A stretch of DNA of 31,958 nucleotides from a virus (Duplodnaviria > Caudoviricetes): positions 1 to 31,958 of IMG/VR virus record IMGVR_UViG_3300008961_000010; one strand, written 5' to 3'. Under the pieces are notes generated by a model that was not told where the DNA came from, made no database searches, and saw only the letters and a program-made list of their open reading frames with translations. This document shows positions 8,393 through 17,646 of the stretch, one piece after another (the stretch's first letter is position 1; each line of letters opens with the position of its first letter). A program made the position numbers and the translations under genes.

Positions 8393-11300
8393 TTATTTCT
8401 GGTCTTGTAAGACTAATGCTAGTGGCGTTTCAAGCACAAATACTCTATCATTTTGTGAAAAATTGTGTCCTACTGTTGTATATAATGCTCTTTCTACAAT
8501 ATTTAATTCACCGCCAGTGTTTTTATCATACATCATAAACTCTACATTTTCTGGATTACTAACACTTTGTACAGCAATCAGTTTCTTGTTCTTCTTTGAG
8601 GCACTTAATTCTTCTGCCTTTGCTGTTCCTTGTAATCCGGTATACTTAAATCGTCCTCTAGCCGTGCCTGTTCCTGTGCCGACGCCTGTTGCTGTAAATA
8701 CTGTACCAACATTACTATCGGTTGCTCCAATTAGTGTGAAGTCTGTTGTTCCGACTGATACAATAGTATACTCTCTTCCAATGACAAATGAACCAGAGTT
8801 AATTGTCCAAGTATCTGCTAATGTTCCCCAATCTTTAATAGGAACATTATAGCCCCTACCATAAACATCATACACATAAAACTCTGTTTTGTCAAGAGTA
8901 AACCCAGTTAAGTCGCCATCAGTTGCATGTATGTCTGCATCGTTACTTCCGTCTTTGTAATCTTGGAGTATAACAACAGACGATTCAACTGCTCTAGCAT
9001 CAACTTGACCCGTATCAATTCCACCCTCAACTGTAGTTGCAGTAGTTCGGTTTCTTAAAAAATCACCTGCTTCTAAATCGCCATGACTGCCAATATCTTT
9101 GTCTGTAGTATTTGTTGGCGTATTTCCTGTTGTGCCACCATCAAAGACTTCGCCCTGTTTCTTATATCTACTTGCTTTACCGAAGTCTAAGGTAAGATTC
9201 AAATTCTCATCAATAGTTGTTGATACGATTGCTGTGTCTGAGGTTTTATTTAATCGTTTTACTTCTCGTATCTTTGTGTGATATGGTTTTGTTTCTCTGA
9301 TATATTCTAATATGTCAGTCTCACCGTCTCTCTGATACACTGCGTGTTGCTTTAATTCTCTGCTATGTAAGTTTAGGTCAAAATAACTTGTTTTAAATAA
9401 CCAATCAGGATAAGATTTTTCTGTATAAAGATAATCAATCATTCTATAGAATATATTATTGATAAATGATGTTTCAGAATGATTTCTAATTAGGTTCATT
9501 AATTCTTGTATTTGGACTCCTACTGCGTTCTTATAATATTCTTCAACCACTGTGCCGTTGCCTGTTCCTGTGCCAGTTGCCGTGAAGGTCTCACCAACGG
9601 AATTTGCGCCAGCACCTATCAAAGTGAAATCAGTTGTGCCAACTGATAGTATTTCGTACTGTTCACCAATGACAAAGTTTCCGCCTGTCTTTGTTTCTGG
9701 ATATGTTATAGATGAAAGTTCTATATTCAACGAACTTTTGCTTCTATTAACTAGTTGAAGTCTGTTATCTATTTCAAAGTAATATTCGTCATGTGTTGGT
9801 AGTTTCAACTTAAATGATTTTATTCCATTTTGATATTGCCCAATCATATCAAACTCTCTAGTAGTTGATAGGTAAGAGAAAGTTTTGATAGTTTTGTAAT
9901 TGTCATCTATATACCAGTCACCAAGACTAAAGATAAAGTCATCTGTGTCTATATATTGTGCATGATTTGAATACTTAGTTTGTAGTAATTCTTTACTCAT
10001 TACCGCATTAATAATCGATGCGAAGTTTTCTCTTGCCTTGTGTTCAATTGTGAACCAATTATTATCTGTCTTTGATATCTTATACACTCGCAATACATCA
10101 CCAACAGTCATTTTGTGATTTTGACTTATTTTTAGAGTAGAGCCTTCAATAGTTAGATAACTTGATTTTACTGTCTTGTTGTCATGTGTGACCACAATGT
10201 CGTTTATAGTTAAACCGGATATAAACTGATTGCCGTTAGCATCAACTGGTGTTACAACTGCGAAGTTAATATCTTCCAAGTCTGATGTCGTAAACTTTGT
10301 AGCATATGTAGACTTGAATCTACATTTATCATCAGATAAAAGATTTTCAATAGTAATACCAGAGATGGAGTCAGTCATGTCATCCAACACTACCGGATTA
10401 ACCGGAGTATCGTTGTCTTCTATAAGTAGTTGCCAATCTGATGTTTCTTTTACAATTCCGGTTGTTACTTGATATTCTAATGATGTGGTTATTTTACTAC
10501 TGTCATATGATTTAGAATGATTAGTAATAATCGCACTAGTTTTACCTACTGGCAAGAATCTATTTTTAGGAGCGGAAGAGGCAAGTAGCATTGCAAGATT
10601 CTTAGCATCAGAGTCTGTAGATGACCAGAAGAAATAGTCAGTTATTTCTTTGCCAGCATCAGTATCATAGTATGTCTTTGTGTTATATGCAGTTGTTGCC
10701 ACTGGTAATGTTCGAGACTTTGTCCATTTACGTATTATTATATTAGAACTATCTACTGTTTTGCCCCAATATTTCCTCACAAAATCGACATCTAAGTTTC
10801 CATTAGCATCGCCATAGTCGTTATAACGATAAAAACGTGCGTCTTCTGTGTCCCACCATATAGTATCTAACTTCTCGTCTAACCACAAGTCGTTGCTTGT
10901 AGTTGTATCATATTTTGCAGGGTCAGTCCACATGATGTAATCTAATTTTGAAACAATTTGTCCTGGCATCTTTAAGTTAAGTGGGTCATATAGTTGATGG
11001 TTTATAAAGTTCTCACCATCTTGTACTATTAGTCTTTTAGTCAGGTCAGTATCAATAACTGTGGCTTTTCTGGCATGAATTGATGTACCAGTCGCCGGAC
11101 TATAACTCAACACTGCCCAACCGGCAGTACTGTAATTGTCTATCCATAATTTACTTGCACTATTCAGTCCAAGTGCTGTTTCAAATTCTAAGCGTGACGA
11201 GCCGTTAAATCCAGGAGTATATCTCACTGATTTCCATTGCATCGCTTTAAAGTTAGCACTTGACGTTACATTAGAGTATGTCAAAACTAGACCAACTCTA

Positions 11301-14300
11301 GTTAACATTGATGAAGAAGTTCCCGAGAATGACATTTGTACTGAGTCTGAAGTAAATATCATTCTTCCGTCACTCGACAATCCAACCACGAGGTCTGATG
11401 CCGCAGTGATTTGACTTGCGAATTCTAATGCAGAAGGACTTGATGAAGTTGCGTTACTGTATGTTCCCGCTGTTATTCCTAAATCACTAAGAGGATTTCC
11501 AGAAATATTAGATGTAACGATACTCTTTTCTGTGCTTGTTATTTTTACTTGTCTATCAGACTTGACTGCTTCAACAGTTGAGCCTTGAAATACTTGATTA
11601 TTTAAATCAACAATAATATTATCTGTGGCATCAACAGCGACCATTGGGTTGCCAGTTTCTGGACCAGGTCCTGGGTGTGCTGTTGTTGTTGTATATCCTA
11701 ATCTGCTCATAGCACCAGAAGTCACTTCAACGATATCTAAGTTATGATTTGTACTTGTTATTTTAATCGTGCCAGATATAACTTGTGCTGAGACTCCAGA
11801 AACACCAATTGCATTTATTTGTGCAGTAACACTATCTAATGTTGGTGGCGAATTCGTTTCATATGTACCTGCTGTGATTCCCAACTCGGCTAATGCAGTT
11901 CCAGAAATTACCATTTGACTTCCTGAACTTGCTATAGTCATGCGATTGTCTGCGCCAACTGTAGCAGTAATGTCAGTTATTGTAGTTAAGTCTGTCGCTA
12001 AGTTATCTAGTTTCGAATCCGTGTAAGCATTTGTTGTTGATAGTCCTAAATCAATCAATGAACCACCTGTCATGGTTAGTTGCGGAACTGATGTTGTCAG
12101 AACCAATTGATTTGACGAAGCAGATGCTACAACATTGCCTGTTCCTGAATTAATCGCATTTACAATTGCAGTTAAATCATCGCCGCTTGTCAGTGTAACC
12201 GTATCGCCATTAATTGTCAGTGGCTTTGTCGATGACATAACTGGAGAAGAAACTGTTCCAGTAACAGTTAAATCTTCAATTGTCTTTGTTGTTCCATCAA
12301 TTACTACTGTGTTGTTTGTTGTAAGTGCCGAACTTCTTGTTGCTGTTGTTGTTTTTGATATGTTTTCTGTATTACTATAGTCTATAGTCAGTGATGTATC
12401 ATCAATTTTTATTTCGTCACCATAAGTAGAACTAAAGGCACCTATTGTTTTTGCAACAGTTCCAGTGAACGTAACTGTTGTGCTTGTTCCATTTTCAACT
12501 GTACCGCCAGAATTATAAACAACAAAACTTGCTTGTTCATCTTCGGTCACAATTGGGTTGGCAACTGTACCAAGAATTGTAATTCCCGAACTAGTTAATC
12601 CAGTTGCTGTATAAGTGAACTCTGTGCCATCAATTGTTATTGTCTCATTGTCAGTGAATTCTGGGTTACTTACCGAACCAATTGCTTCTACACCAGAGTT
12701 TGAACTAGTTGGAACGAACACACTATTTGAAGTTGTGGAATCTATCTCAACAGTTAAGGGTTCAAAATCTTCTTCAAATACTAGATACTCATGTACTATT
12801 GTTCCATTTACTGATTTTGTTCCATTAGAAGATAGTAAATAATATCCTGATATAGTTGGAGTTATCTCGTCAGCAGATATTTTTATATAAATTGGCTTAG
12901 AAGCAGATTCATCATCAATTTCAGAAGCAGTACCAATATATAATTGATTATCTGATGTTTCGCCAATATAACTTAATTCGGCAACTTCACTAAGACGTAC
13001 AACATCCCATTCTCTGTCTGTGTCTGCTTGTATCCATGCGGTGTCACCTTCGTATAAAGAAGTCTCTGTCAAGGAAGTCAGTGAATCGTATGTGCTTGTA
13101 GTGTAACTGACATCAGATTCATTCACATATCCCGTTGTTTTAATTGCTATATTATTTTCTTTTGTAACGGGTAATAGTTCTTTAGTTGTATCTTGGTATT
13201 CTATTAAAAATGGGTCTTGAATCATGTCGTCAACTAATACTTCTTTGGTCATTGTAAATTTCGAAGACTGATGACCATACTCACTTAGTTTAATTGCCCA
13301 GATGTCAGATTGTGTGATGTTTTCAAAATCACTGTTGTTGTTAATTATCTTATCGATGCTTGAAACTGTTCCTTTGTGTGACAAGAAACCTTTATAAAAT
13401 TCTAGTTGAGATTCTCTTTCAACACCGTGATTTGTTAGATAGTCTCTTGTTGTATATCCATATTGGTTTGATTTCAACTTATTGACAATTGATAAACTTT
13501 GGTCAACTAATGTATCTCTGTAACTATTAGTTTCAGCAATCATTGTATCGAAGTTAGGTAACAACTTATTATCATATACTATGAAACCATCAACTGACAT
13601 CGTCCCGTCCCAATCGATTGTTCGGTTACAATCAACTTGTACTCTAAGATTTCTATTATGACTATGAGGGTCGTATATGACATCTCCATAACTATCAGTT
13701 CTGTCAACAACGAATGCGTGTTCGATATCTCTTATATCCATCTTCATTCCATAGATAGGAACGTTGCTTGTGAATGTTAGTTTAGAACCGTCTGTGTGAA
13801 AATTAACTTCAGAATTTGGTATAAGTCTGCCAGATGCGTCTACTATACGATAATAATTCTTAAATGTTTCTGTTGCTACACTGGCTACACCATAATCTGT
13901 ATTAAAATTGCCGCCAGTCAATAATGGTGTCAGAGTGATAAAATCACCAACCGAATTATTTTCTGATTGCCATTCTAAGAATTTGTATAATAGATTTTCC
14001 CAATCTACGGGCTCAGCAAACTCATTTGAATCTGTGAATTCCCATCCTACTAATTTAAGATAATGTTCATATCCCATTATTAGATGTGCAACTTCATCTA
14101 CTGTTTCTAAGATATCTCCATAATTATAATTCTTTACAGTATCATCTACCAAGTCTTGGTAACCCATTGCTTGAATTTTGTTTGTTGTTGGCCATTCTGC
14201 TACTGGTTTCCAATCTTTAATATTATCATCAAAGTCAGTAGATGATGTATGGCTGGTAAGACAAACATAAGGAATATCATTCCATAATGTATATGAATCC

Positions 14301-17300
14301 ATTCTGTAATACTCGCCTGATTGCCATGATTTTAATGTGAGTTTATCACCGGCAGTTGAGAATGCTTTTTCTCCACTTGCTTTATCCCAACCCATTGAGT
14401 AAAATACTGGATTTAGTTCATCATATCCGTGAACTCTAAATCCAAACTTGTCAATCTTAGGCTGTGAAATTAGTGTCCATCTACTGTAATCAAAAACGAT
14501 TACGTTAGGGTCTGCTTTTTCTTTTGCTGAAGCCTCAGTTATTTTTCTTTTATAATACTTACTGTCATTTGGATTTAAAACAATCGTGCCGGCTACATAA
14601 TTGCTCTCTTTGGCAGTTTGTAATGAATACTCTGGATGCTTAGTAGCGGTTGATACTTTTTCTAATACGATAGCACTAAAGAATTCGCTTCTATTTGGCA
14701 CACCAGCATGAACAAACAAGTCAAAGTTGTCTTCTGGTAATTCAGTGAATCTACTATTTGATAATGCGTTATTTTCTGTCTGCAATTTAAAGTTATTAAC
14801 AAATCCACCTAACTTTGAGCCCAATTTAAATGAATAGTTTTCTTTTTCTTTGATTGTTGTTTTATTGTCAATGCCTTCATTCTTATTAGAATACTCAATA
14901 ATATCTGCTAATTCATTTTTATATTTGTGTATAATCTCAAATGGATTTGTCAACAGCATTAATAGAAATTCTGCAAATACATATTCACTGCTACGAGTCC
15001 ATGCGAGTTCAACTGGAGAATTATCACCAAATTCCCACGCTTGTTTCATTAACTCTATATCGTCATATGTAAATGTGACACCGCCAAAGAATAAATCTTC
15101 TGGTGGTTTTAATTTTCCAACATCTGCAGGTGTCGGAGCATCGGCATCGCCCCAAACTGGAACTGGACAAGTTAAAGAATTAGTTGATATTAATAAATTC
15201 CAAAATGCAACTGTGGTGTAATCTGTGCCATACGTAGAATCAAAATCTACTGGCTTCTGTGATAATTTGATTGCTTTCCATGGTTCCAGCAAAGGTCTGT
15301 CTGTGCCATAAGCACGAATTAGTTGGCCTCTCCAGTTACCACTGGCTGTTTCATCTTTTGCTCTATAGTTCCATGTTTTAAAATCAGAGGCATCGTGTGC
15401 ATCATTAGTCAAATTATCGATACTATTCCTCGACATCCACTTTTTAAAGAATGGATACATAATGTATTTCTTTTCAGCATTAGAATAATCATTTGTAGAT
15501 GTTCCAAATAGACCATAATTCATACTGTCTATCGTAGAATTTGTATTATCTGATAGATTATTAAATACTAAAGTTTCGAATATAAATAAAATTTTATCTA
15601 TTCTGTTTGTTTCAGGTCCATTACCTTGACCGTAATCAACTAACGGATATGCTGGTATCAATGAACCATCATGTCCTTTAATAAAATTGACGTCCGTTTC
15701 ATATTCCGTATCTGTGATAATCTCTGGAATATGTGCTGGTGCGATTCCCAATGAAGTTGCACTTGGTGGGATATAATTCTCTTTAATGTTAATATAATGT
15801 CTAACAGTTATTGTGTCACTAGATGACCTGTCTGTTGTAAAGATTATCTCTGTTGCACCAGATGATAATGTATAGTCTACGTTAAGTCGTTGAACAACAT
15901 CATTTAGAATTATAACAACATCTTTGTCATATAGTATAGAATCTCTAAATGTAGGCATTACCTGCTCAGTCGCACCATCGATAACATTTACATCAAGTTG
16001 CTGATAATGAGAATGATTCTCACCAAAGTTTATCATTGTGCTGTCTCTAAAAATGCTTACACTTGAGTGTTTTCCTAAAGATATGGTGTCGATTGCATCT
16101 TCTAAAACTTGCAAGTCTGTTTTAGTATCACTGGCACTGTTTGACAATTTGTCTATAATTGTCGTTAATAGTTTATTCTTGTATCCGTTGTAAGAGTTTG
16201 ATAAAAATTCTGTTGCTTTTATTGGATTATAATCTTCTCTTGTTAACGCAAAGTATGCCTCTTTAATATCTATAGAGTTAATAACTAAAATACTTCCCTT
16301 GTCGGCATGTCTTAGTTTCTCAATTGTATCACCGATATTTCTGTAGTTATTTGAAGCGTTAGCATCTCCAGTTAATCCGCTCGTGGTCTCAATTATACGA
16401 GACATATGCTCATGCATTGTAGAGTAAACCAACTCTACATTAACATACGAATTATTATCAATATTGTATTCTAATGAAGGATTGATTTTTTGAAACACTG
16501 TATCGCCGTCATAAACAACAGCAGTAGAAGTACAATAATCAACATATATATTTCCAGCAACCTCACTTGTTAGTGTGATTTTCTTTGACACTGTGTCAAA
16601 TGTGTAGTTTCCTATTTGCTTTTTGCCATCTACATATAAATCAATTGAATTGAAATTTTTAGGAGACTGAAGAAGTTCAATCTCTGAAACTGTAATTTTG
16701 TCGCCAACTTCTTGTCTTAGGTTTCTATAATCAAAAGTAGTAGAGACCATCAATTGTTTATAAGTAGTAATACTTGGATTTTCCCACTTATAGGTTGATG
16801 TTTCTAATAAGTCAATGTTGAATACCATCTCACTGTAATAATCACCCGCTTTTAACTTAGGTTTGAATCCTAGTTCAGCGTCTGTTACATAATTGTCACC
16901 AACTACATAGTGAAATATTTTTATGTCAGAAAGTTGAGTTGTTCCTGTATCATCATATGATTTAAATGTTGGCAGTTCCCACGTTACATCACTTAAAGAT
17001 TTATCAGCACTTGAAGTGCTAAGTTCTATGTGTTGGTCAAATTCTATGATTGGACGAGATGCCTGTACTATCAACTCGAAGTTTGAATCATCAATATATG
17101 CCTTGATATCATCATAATGGAACCAACTGTTATTTTTTGACCACCAGTTATCTGTGCCGTGTGGCATATCTGTACTATTGTTGATTGTAACGTAATGTTT
17201 GTTGTCTGAGCCAGCAAAGATTTCAGCACGAAATGATGATGGAACCCAGTAGTACATACTAAAGTTAACAAATTTATCTAAATCTATTGGCAACGCAACA

Positions 17301-17644
17301 GTTCTTAATGTGTTATTGCTATTAAATAATCTTCTGTGGTCGTTTGTGAGCGACCCTTTATTATATAGAGCGTTAATTAAATCATCATAAAATACATTAT
17401 CAGTTGCATTTCTGTTTGAGAACGTTGGTTCTAACCCGTAATTATCTCTTGCATATGATTGTGGCGGAAAAGAAAGATATATATCACTACTTTTAAATAT
17501 TCCTTTTTCTTTTCTACCAACAAACGCTTTTGTTTTCTCCATTTCACCAACAGAAAACGCACGGTCAAGAGTTGACTCAAATATTGTTTCTAACTCGCGG
17601 TTCTTTAAGTGTCCTGGTAAAAAGTCATAAATCTTCTTTGCCAT
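8393..17644 (-). CDS. Very large baseplate wedge/virion structural protein (3083 aa, gp7-like position)
   Basis: Follows gp25-gp6 directly. Has the C-terminal YIRETKPYHTKIRE motif and several inserted accessory domains (CBM5/12-like, flagellin-IN-like nested repeats, two GTTDFT modules). Confidence 0.75.
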   Translation of the reverse strand: MAKKIYDFLPGHLKNRELETIFESTLDRAFSVGEMEKTKAFVGRKEKGIFKSSDIYLSFPPQSYARDNYGLEPTFSNRNATDNVFYDDLINALYNKGSLTNDHRRLFNSNNTLRTVALPIDLDKFVNFSMYYWVPSSFRAEIFAGSDNKHYVTINNSTDMPHGTDNWWSKNNSWFHYDDIKAYIDDSNFELIVQASRPIIEFDQHIELSTSSADKSLSDVTWELPTFKSYDDTGTTQLSDIKIFHYVVGDNYVTDAELGFKPKLKAGDYYSEMVFNIDLLETSTYKWENPSITTYKQLMVSTTFDYRNLRQEVGDKITVSEIELLQSPKNFNSIDLYVDGKKQIGNYTFDTVSKKITLTSEVAGNIYVDYCTSTAVVYDGDTVFQKINPSLEYNIDNNSYVNVELVYSTMHEHMSRIIETTSGLTGDANASNNYRNIGDTIEKLRHADKGSILVINSIDIKEAYFALTREDYNPIKATEFLSNSYNGYKNKLLTTIIDKLSNSASDTKTDLQVLEDAIDTISLGKHSSVSIFRDSTMINFGENHSHYQQLDVNVIDGATEQVMPTFRDSILYDKDVVIILNDVVQRLNVDYTLSSGATEIIFTTDRSSSDTITVRHYINIKENYIPPSATSLGIAPAHIPEIITDTEYETDVNFIKGHDGSLIPAYPLVDYGQGNGPETNRIDKILFIFETLVFNNLSDNTNSTIDSMNYGLFGTSTNDYSNAEKKYIMYPFFKKWMSRNSIDNLTNDAHDASDFKTWNYRAKDETASGNWRGQLIRAYGTDRPLLEPWKAIKLSQKPVDFDSTYGTDYTTVAFWNLLISTNSLTCPVPVWGDADAPTPADVGKLKPPEDLFFGGVTFTYDDIELMKQAWEFGDNSPVELAWTRSSEYVFAEFLLMLLTNPFEIIHKYKNELADIIEYSNKNEGIDNKTTIKEKENYSFKLGSKLGGFVNNFKLQTENNALSNSRFTELPEDNFDLFVHAGVPNRSEFFSAIVLEKVSTATKHPEYSLQTAKESNYVAGTIVLNPNDSKYYKRKITEASAKEKADPNVIVFDYSRWTLISQPKIDKFGFRVHGYDELNPVFYSMGWDKASGEKAFSTAGDKLTLKSWQSGEYYRMDSYTLWNDIPYVCLTSHTSSTDFDDNIKDWKPVAEWPTTNKIQAMGYQDLVDDTVKNYNYGDILETVDEVAHLIMGYEHYLKLVGWEFTDSNEFAEPVDWENLLYKFLEWQSENNSVGDFITLTPLLTGGNFNTDYGVASVATETFKNYYRIVDASGRLIPNSEVNFHTDGSKLTFTSNVPIYGMKMDIRDIEHAFVVDRTDSYGDVIYDPHSHNRNLRVQVDCNRTIDWDGTMSVDGFIVYDNKLLPNFDTMIAETNSYRDTLVDQSLSIVNKLKSNQYGYTTRDYLTNHGVERESQLEFYKGFLSHKGTVSSIDKIINNNSDFENITQSDIWAIKLSEYGHQSSKFTMTKEVLVDDMIQDPFLIEYQDTTKELLPVTKENNIAIKTTGYVNESDVSYTTSTYDSLTSLTETSLYEGDTAWIQADTDREWDVVRLSEVAELSYIGETSDNQLYIGTASEIDDESASKPIYIKISADEITPTISGYYLLSSNGTKSVNGTIVHEYLVFEEDFEPLTVEIDSTTSNSVFVPTSSNSGVEAIGSVSNPEFTDNETITIDGTEFTYTATGLTSSGITILGTVANPIVTEDEQASFVVYNSGGTVENGTSTTVTFTGTVAKTIGAFSSTYGDEIKIDDTSLTIDYSNTENISKTTTATRSSALTTNNTVVIDGTTKTIEDLTVTGTVSSPVMSSTKPLTINGDTVTLTSGDDLTAIVNAINSGTGNVVASASSNQLVLTTSVPQLTMTGGSLIDLGLSTTNAYTDSKLDNLATDLTTITDITATVGADNRMTIASSGSQMVISGTALAELGITAGTYETNSPPTLDSVTAQINAIGVSGVSAQVISGTIKITSTNHNLDIVEVTSGAMSRLGYTTTTAHPGPGPETGNPMVAVDATDNIIVDLNNQVFQGSTVEAVKSDRQVKITSTEKSIVTSNISGNPLSDLGITAGTYSNATSSSPSALEFASQITAASDLVVGLSSDGRMIFTSDSVQMSFSGTSSSMLTRVGLVLTYSNVTSSANFKAMQWKSVRYTPGFNGSSRLEFETALGLNSASKLWIDNYSTAGWAVLSYSPATGTSIHARKATVIDTDLTKRLIVQDGENFINHQLYDPLNLKMPGQIVSKLDYIMWTDPAKYDTTTSNDLWLDEKLDTIWWDTEDARFYRYNDYGDANGNLDVDFVRKYWGKTVDSSNIIIRKWTKSRTLPVATTAYNTKTYYDTDAGKEITDYFFWSSTDSDAKNLAMLLASSAPKNRFLPVGKTSAIITNHSKSYDSSKITTSLEYQVTTGIVKETSDWQLLIEDNDTPVNPVVLDDMTDSISGITIENLLSDDKCRFKSTYATKFTTSDLEDINFAVVTPVDANGNQFISGLTINDIVVTHDNKTVKSSYLTIEGSTLKISQNHKMTVGDVLRVYKISKTDNNWFTIEHKARENFASIINAVMSKELLQTKYSNHAQYIDTDDFIFSLGDWYIDDNYKTIKTFSYLSTTREFDMIGQYQNGIKSFKLKLPTHDEYYFEIDNRLQLVNRSKSSLNIELSSITYPETKTGGNFVIGEQYEILSVGTTDFTLIGAGANSVGETFTATGTGTGNGTVVEEYYKNAVGVQIQELMNLIRNHSETSFINNIFYRMIDYLYTEKSYPDWLFKTSYFDLNLHSRELKQHAVYQRDGETDILEYIRETKPYHTKIREVKRLNKTSDTAIVSTTIDENLNLTLDFGKASRYKKQGEVFDGGTTGNTPTNTTDKDIGSHGDLEAGDFLRNRTTATTVEGGIDTGQVDARAVESSVVILQDYKDGSNDADIHATDGDLTGFTLDKTEFYVYDVYGRGYNVPIKDWGTLADTWTINSGSFVIGREYTIVSVGTTDFTLIGATDSNVGTVFTATGVGTGTGTARGRFKYTGLQGTAKAEELSASKKNKKLIAVQSVSNPENVEFMMYDKNTGGELNIVERALYTTVGHNFSQNDRVFVLETPLALVLQDQK
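8660..8797 (-). repeat. Single intact GTTDFT module in the 3083-aa protein
   Basis: SGSFVIGREYTIVSVGTTDFTLIGATDSNVGTVFTATGVGTGTGTA. Confidence 0.85.
9548..9685 (-). repeat. Single intact GTTDFT module in the 3083-aa protein
   Basis: GGNFVIGEQYEILSVGTTDFTLIGAGANSVGETFTATGTGTGNGTV. Confidence 0.85.
11288..12685 (-). repeat. Five nested flagellin-hook-IN-like domains in the 3083-aa protein
   Basis: Five N-halves (..NP/SP..TI[D/N]G..T-type) are followed by five C-halves (L..I...IN..V.A....L.IT....L..LG). Confidence 0.7.
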
Positions 17645-17646
17645 CT

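Noticed and set aside
5220-9685. Diversity-generating retroelement template/variable repeats or CRISPR-like DNA repeats
   Set aside because: The repeats are conserved at protein level with scattered nucleotide changes rather than adenine-specific ones. No reverse transcriptase, cas gene or spacer array is in the window.
11650-15635. Recurrent short GxGPET loops in the wedge protein (HPGPGPETG, GQGNGPETN)
   Set aside because: Two short matches in 3083 aa are not enough to claim a motif.
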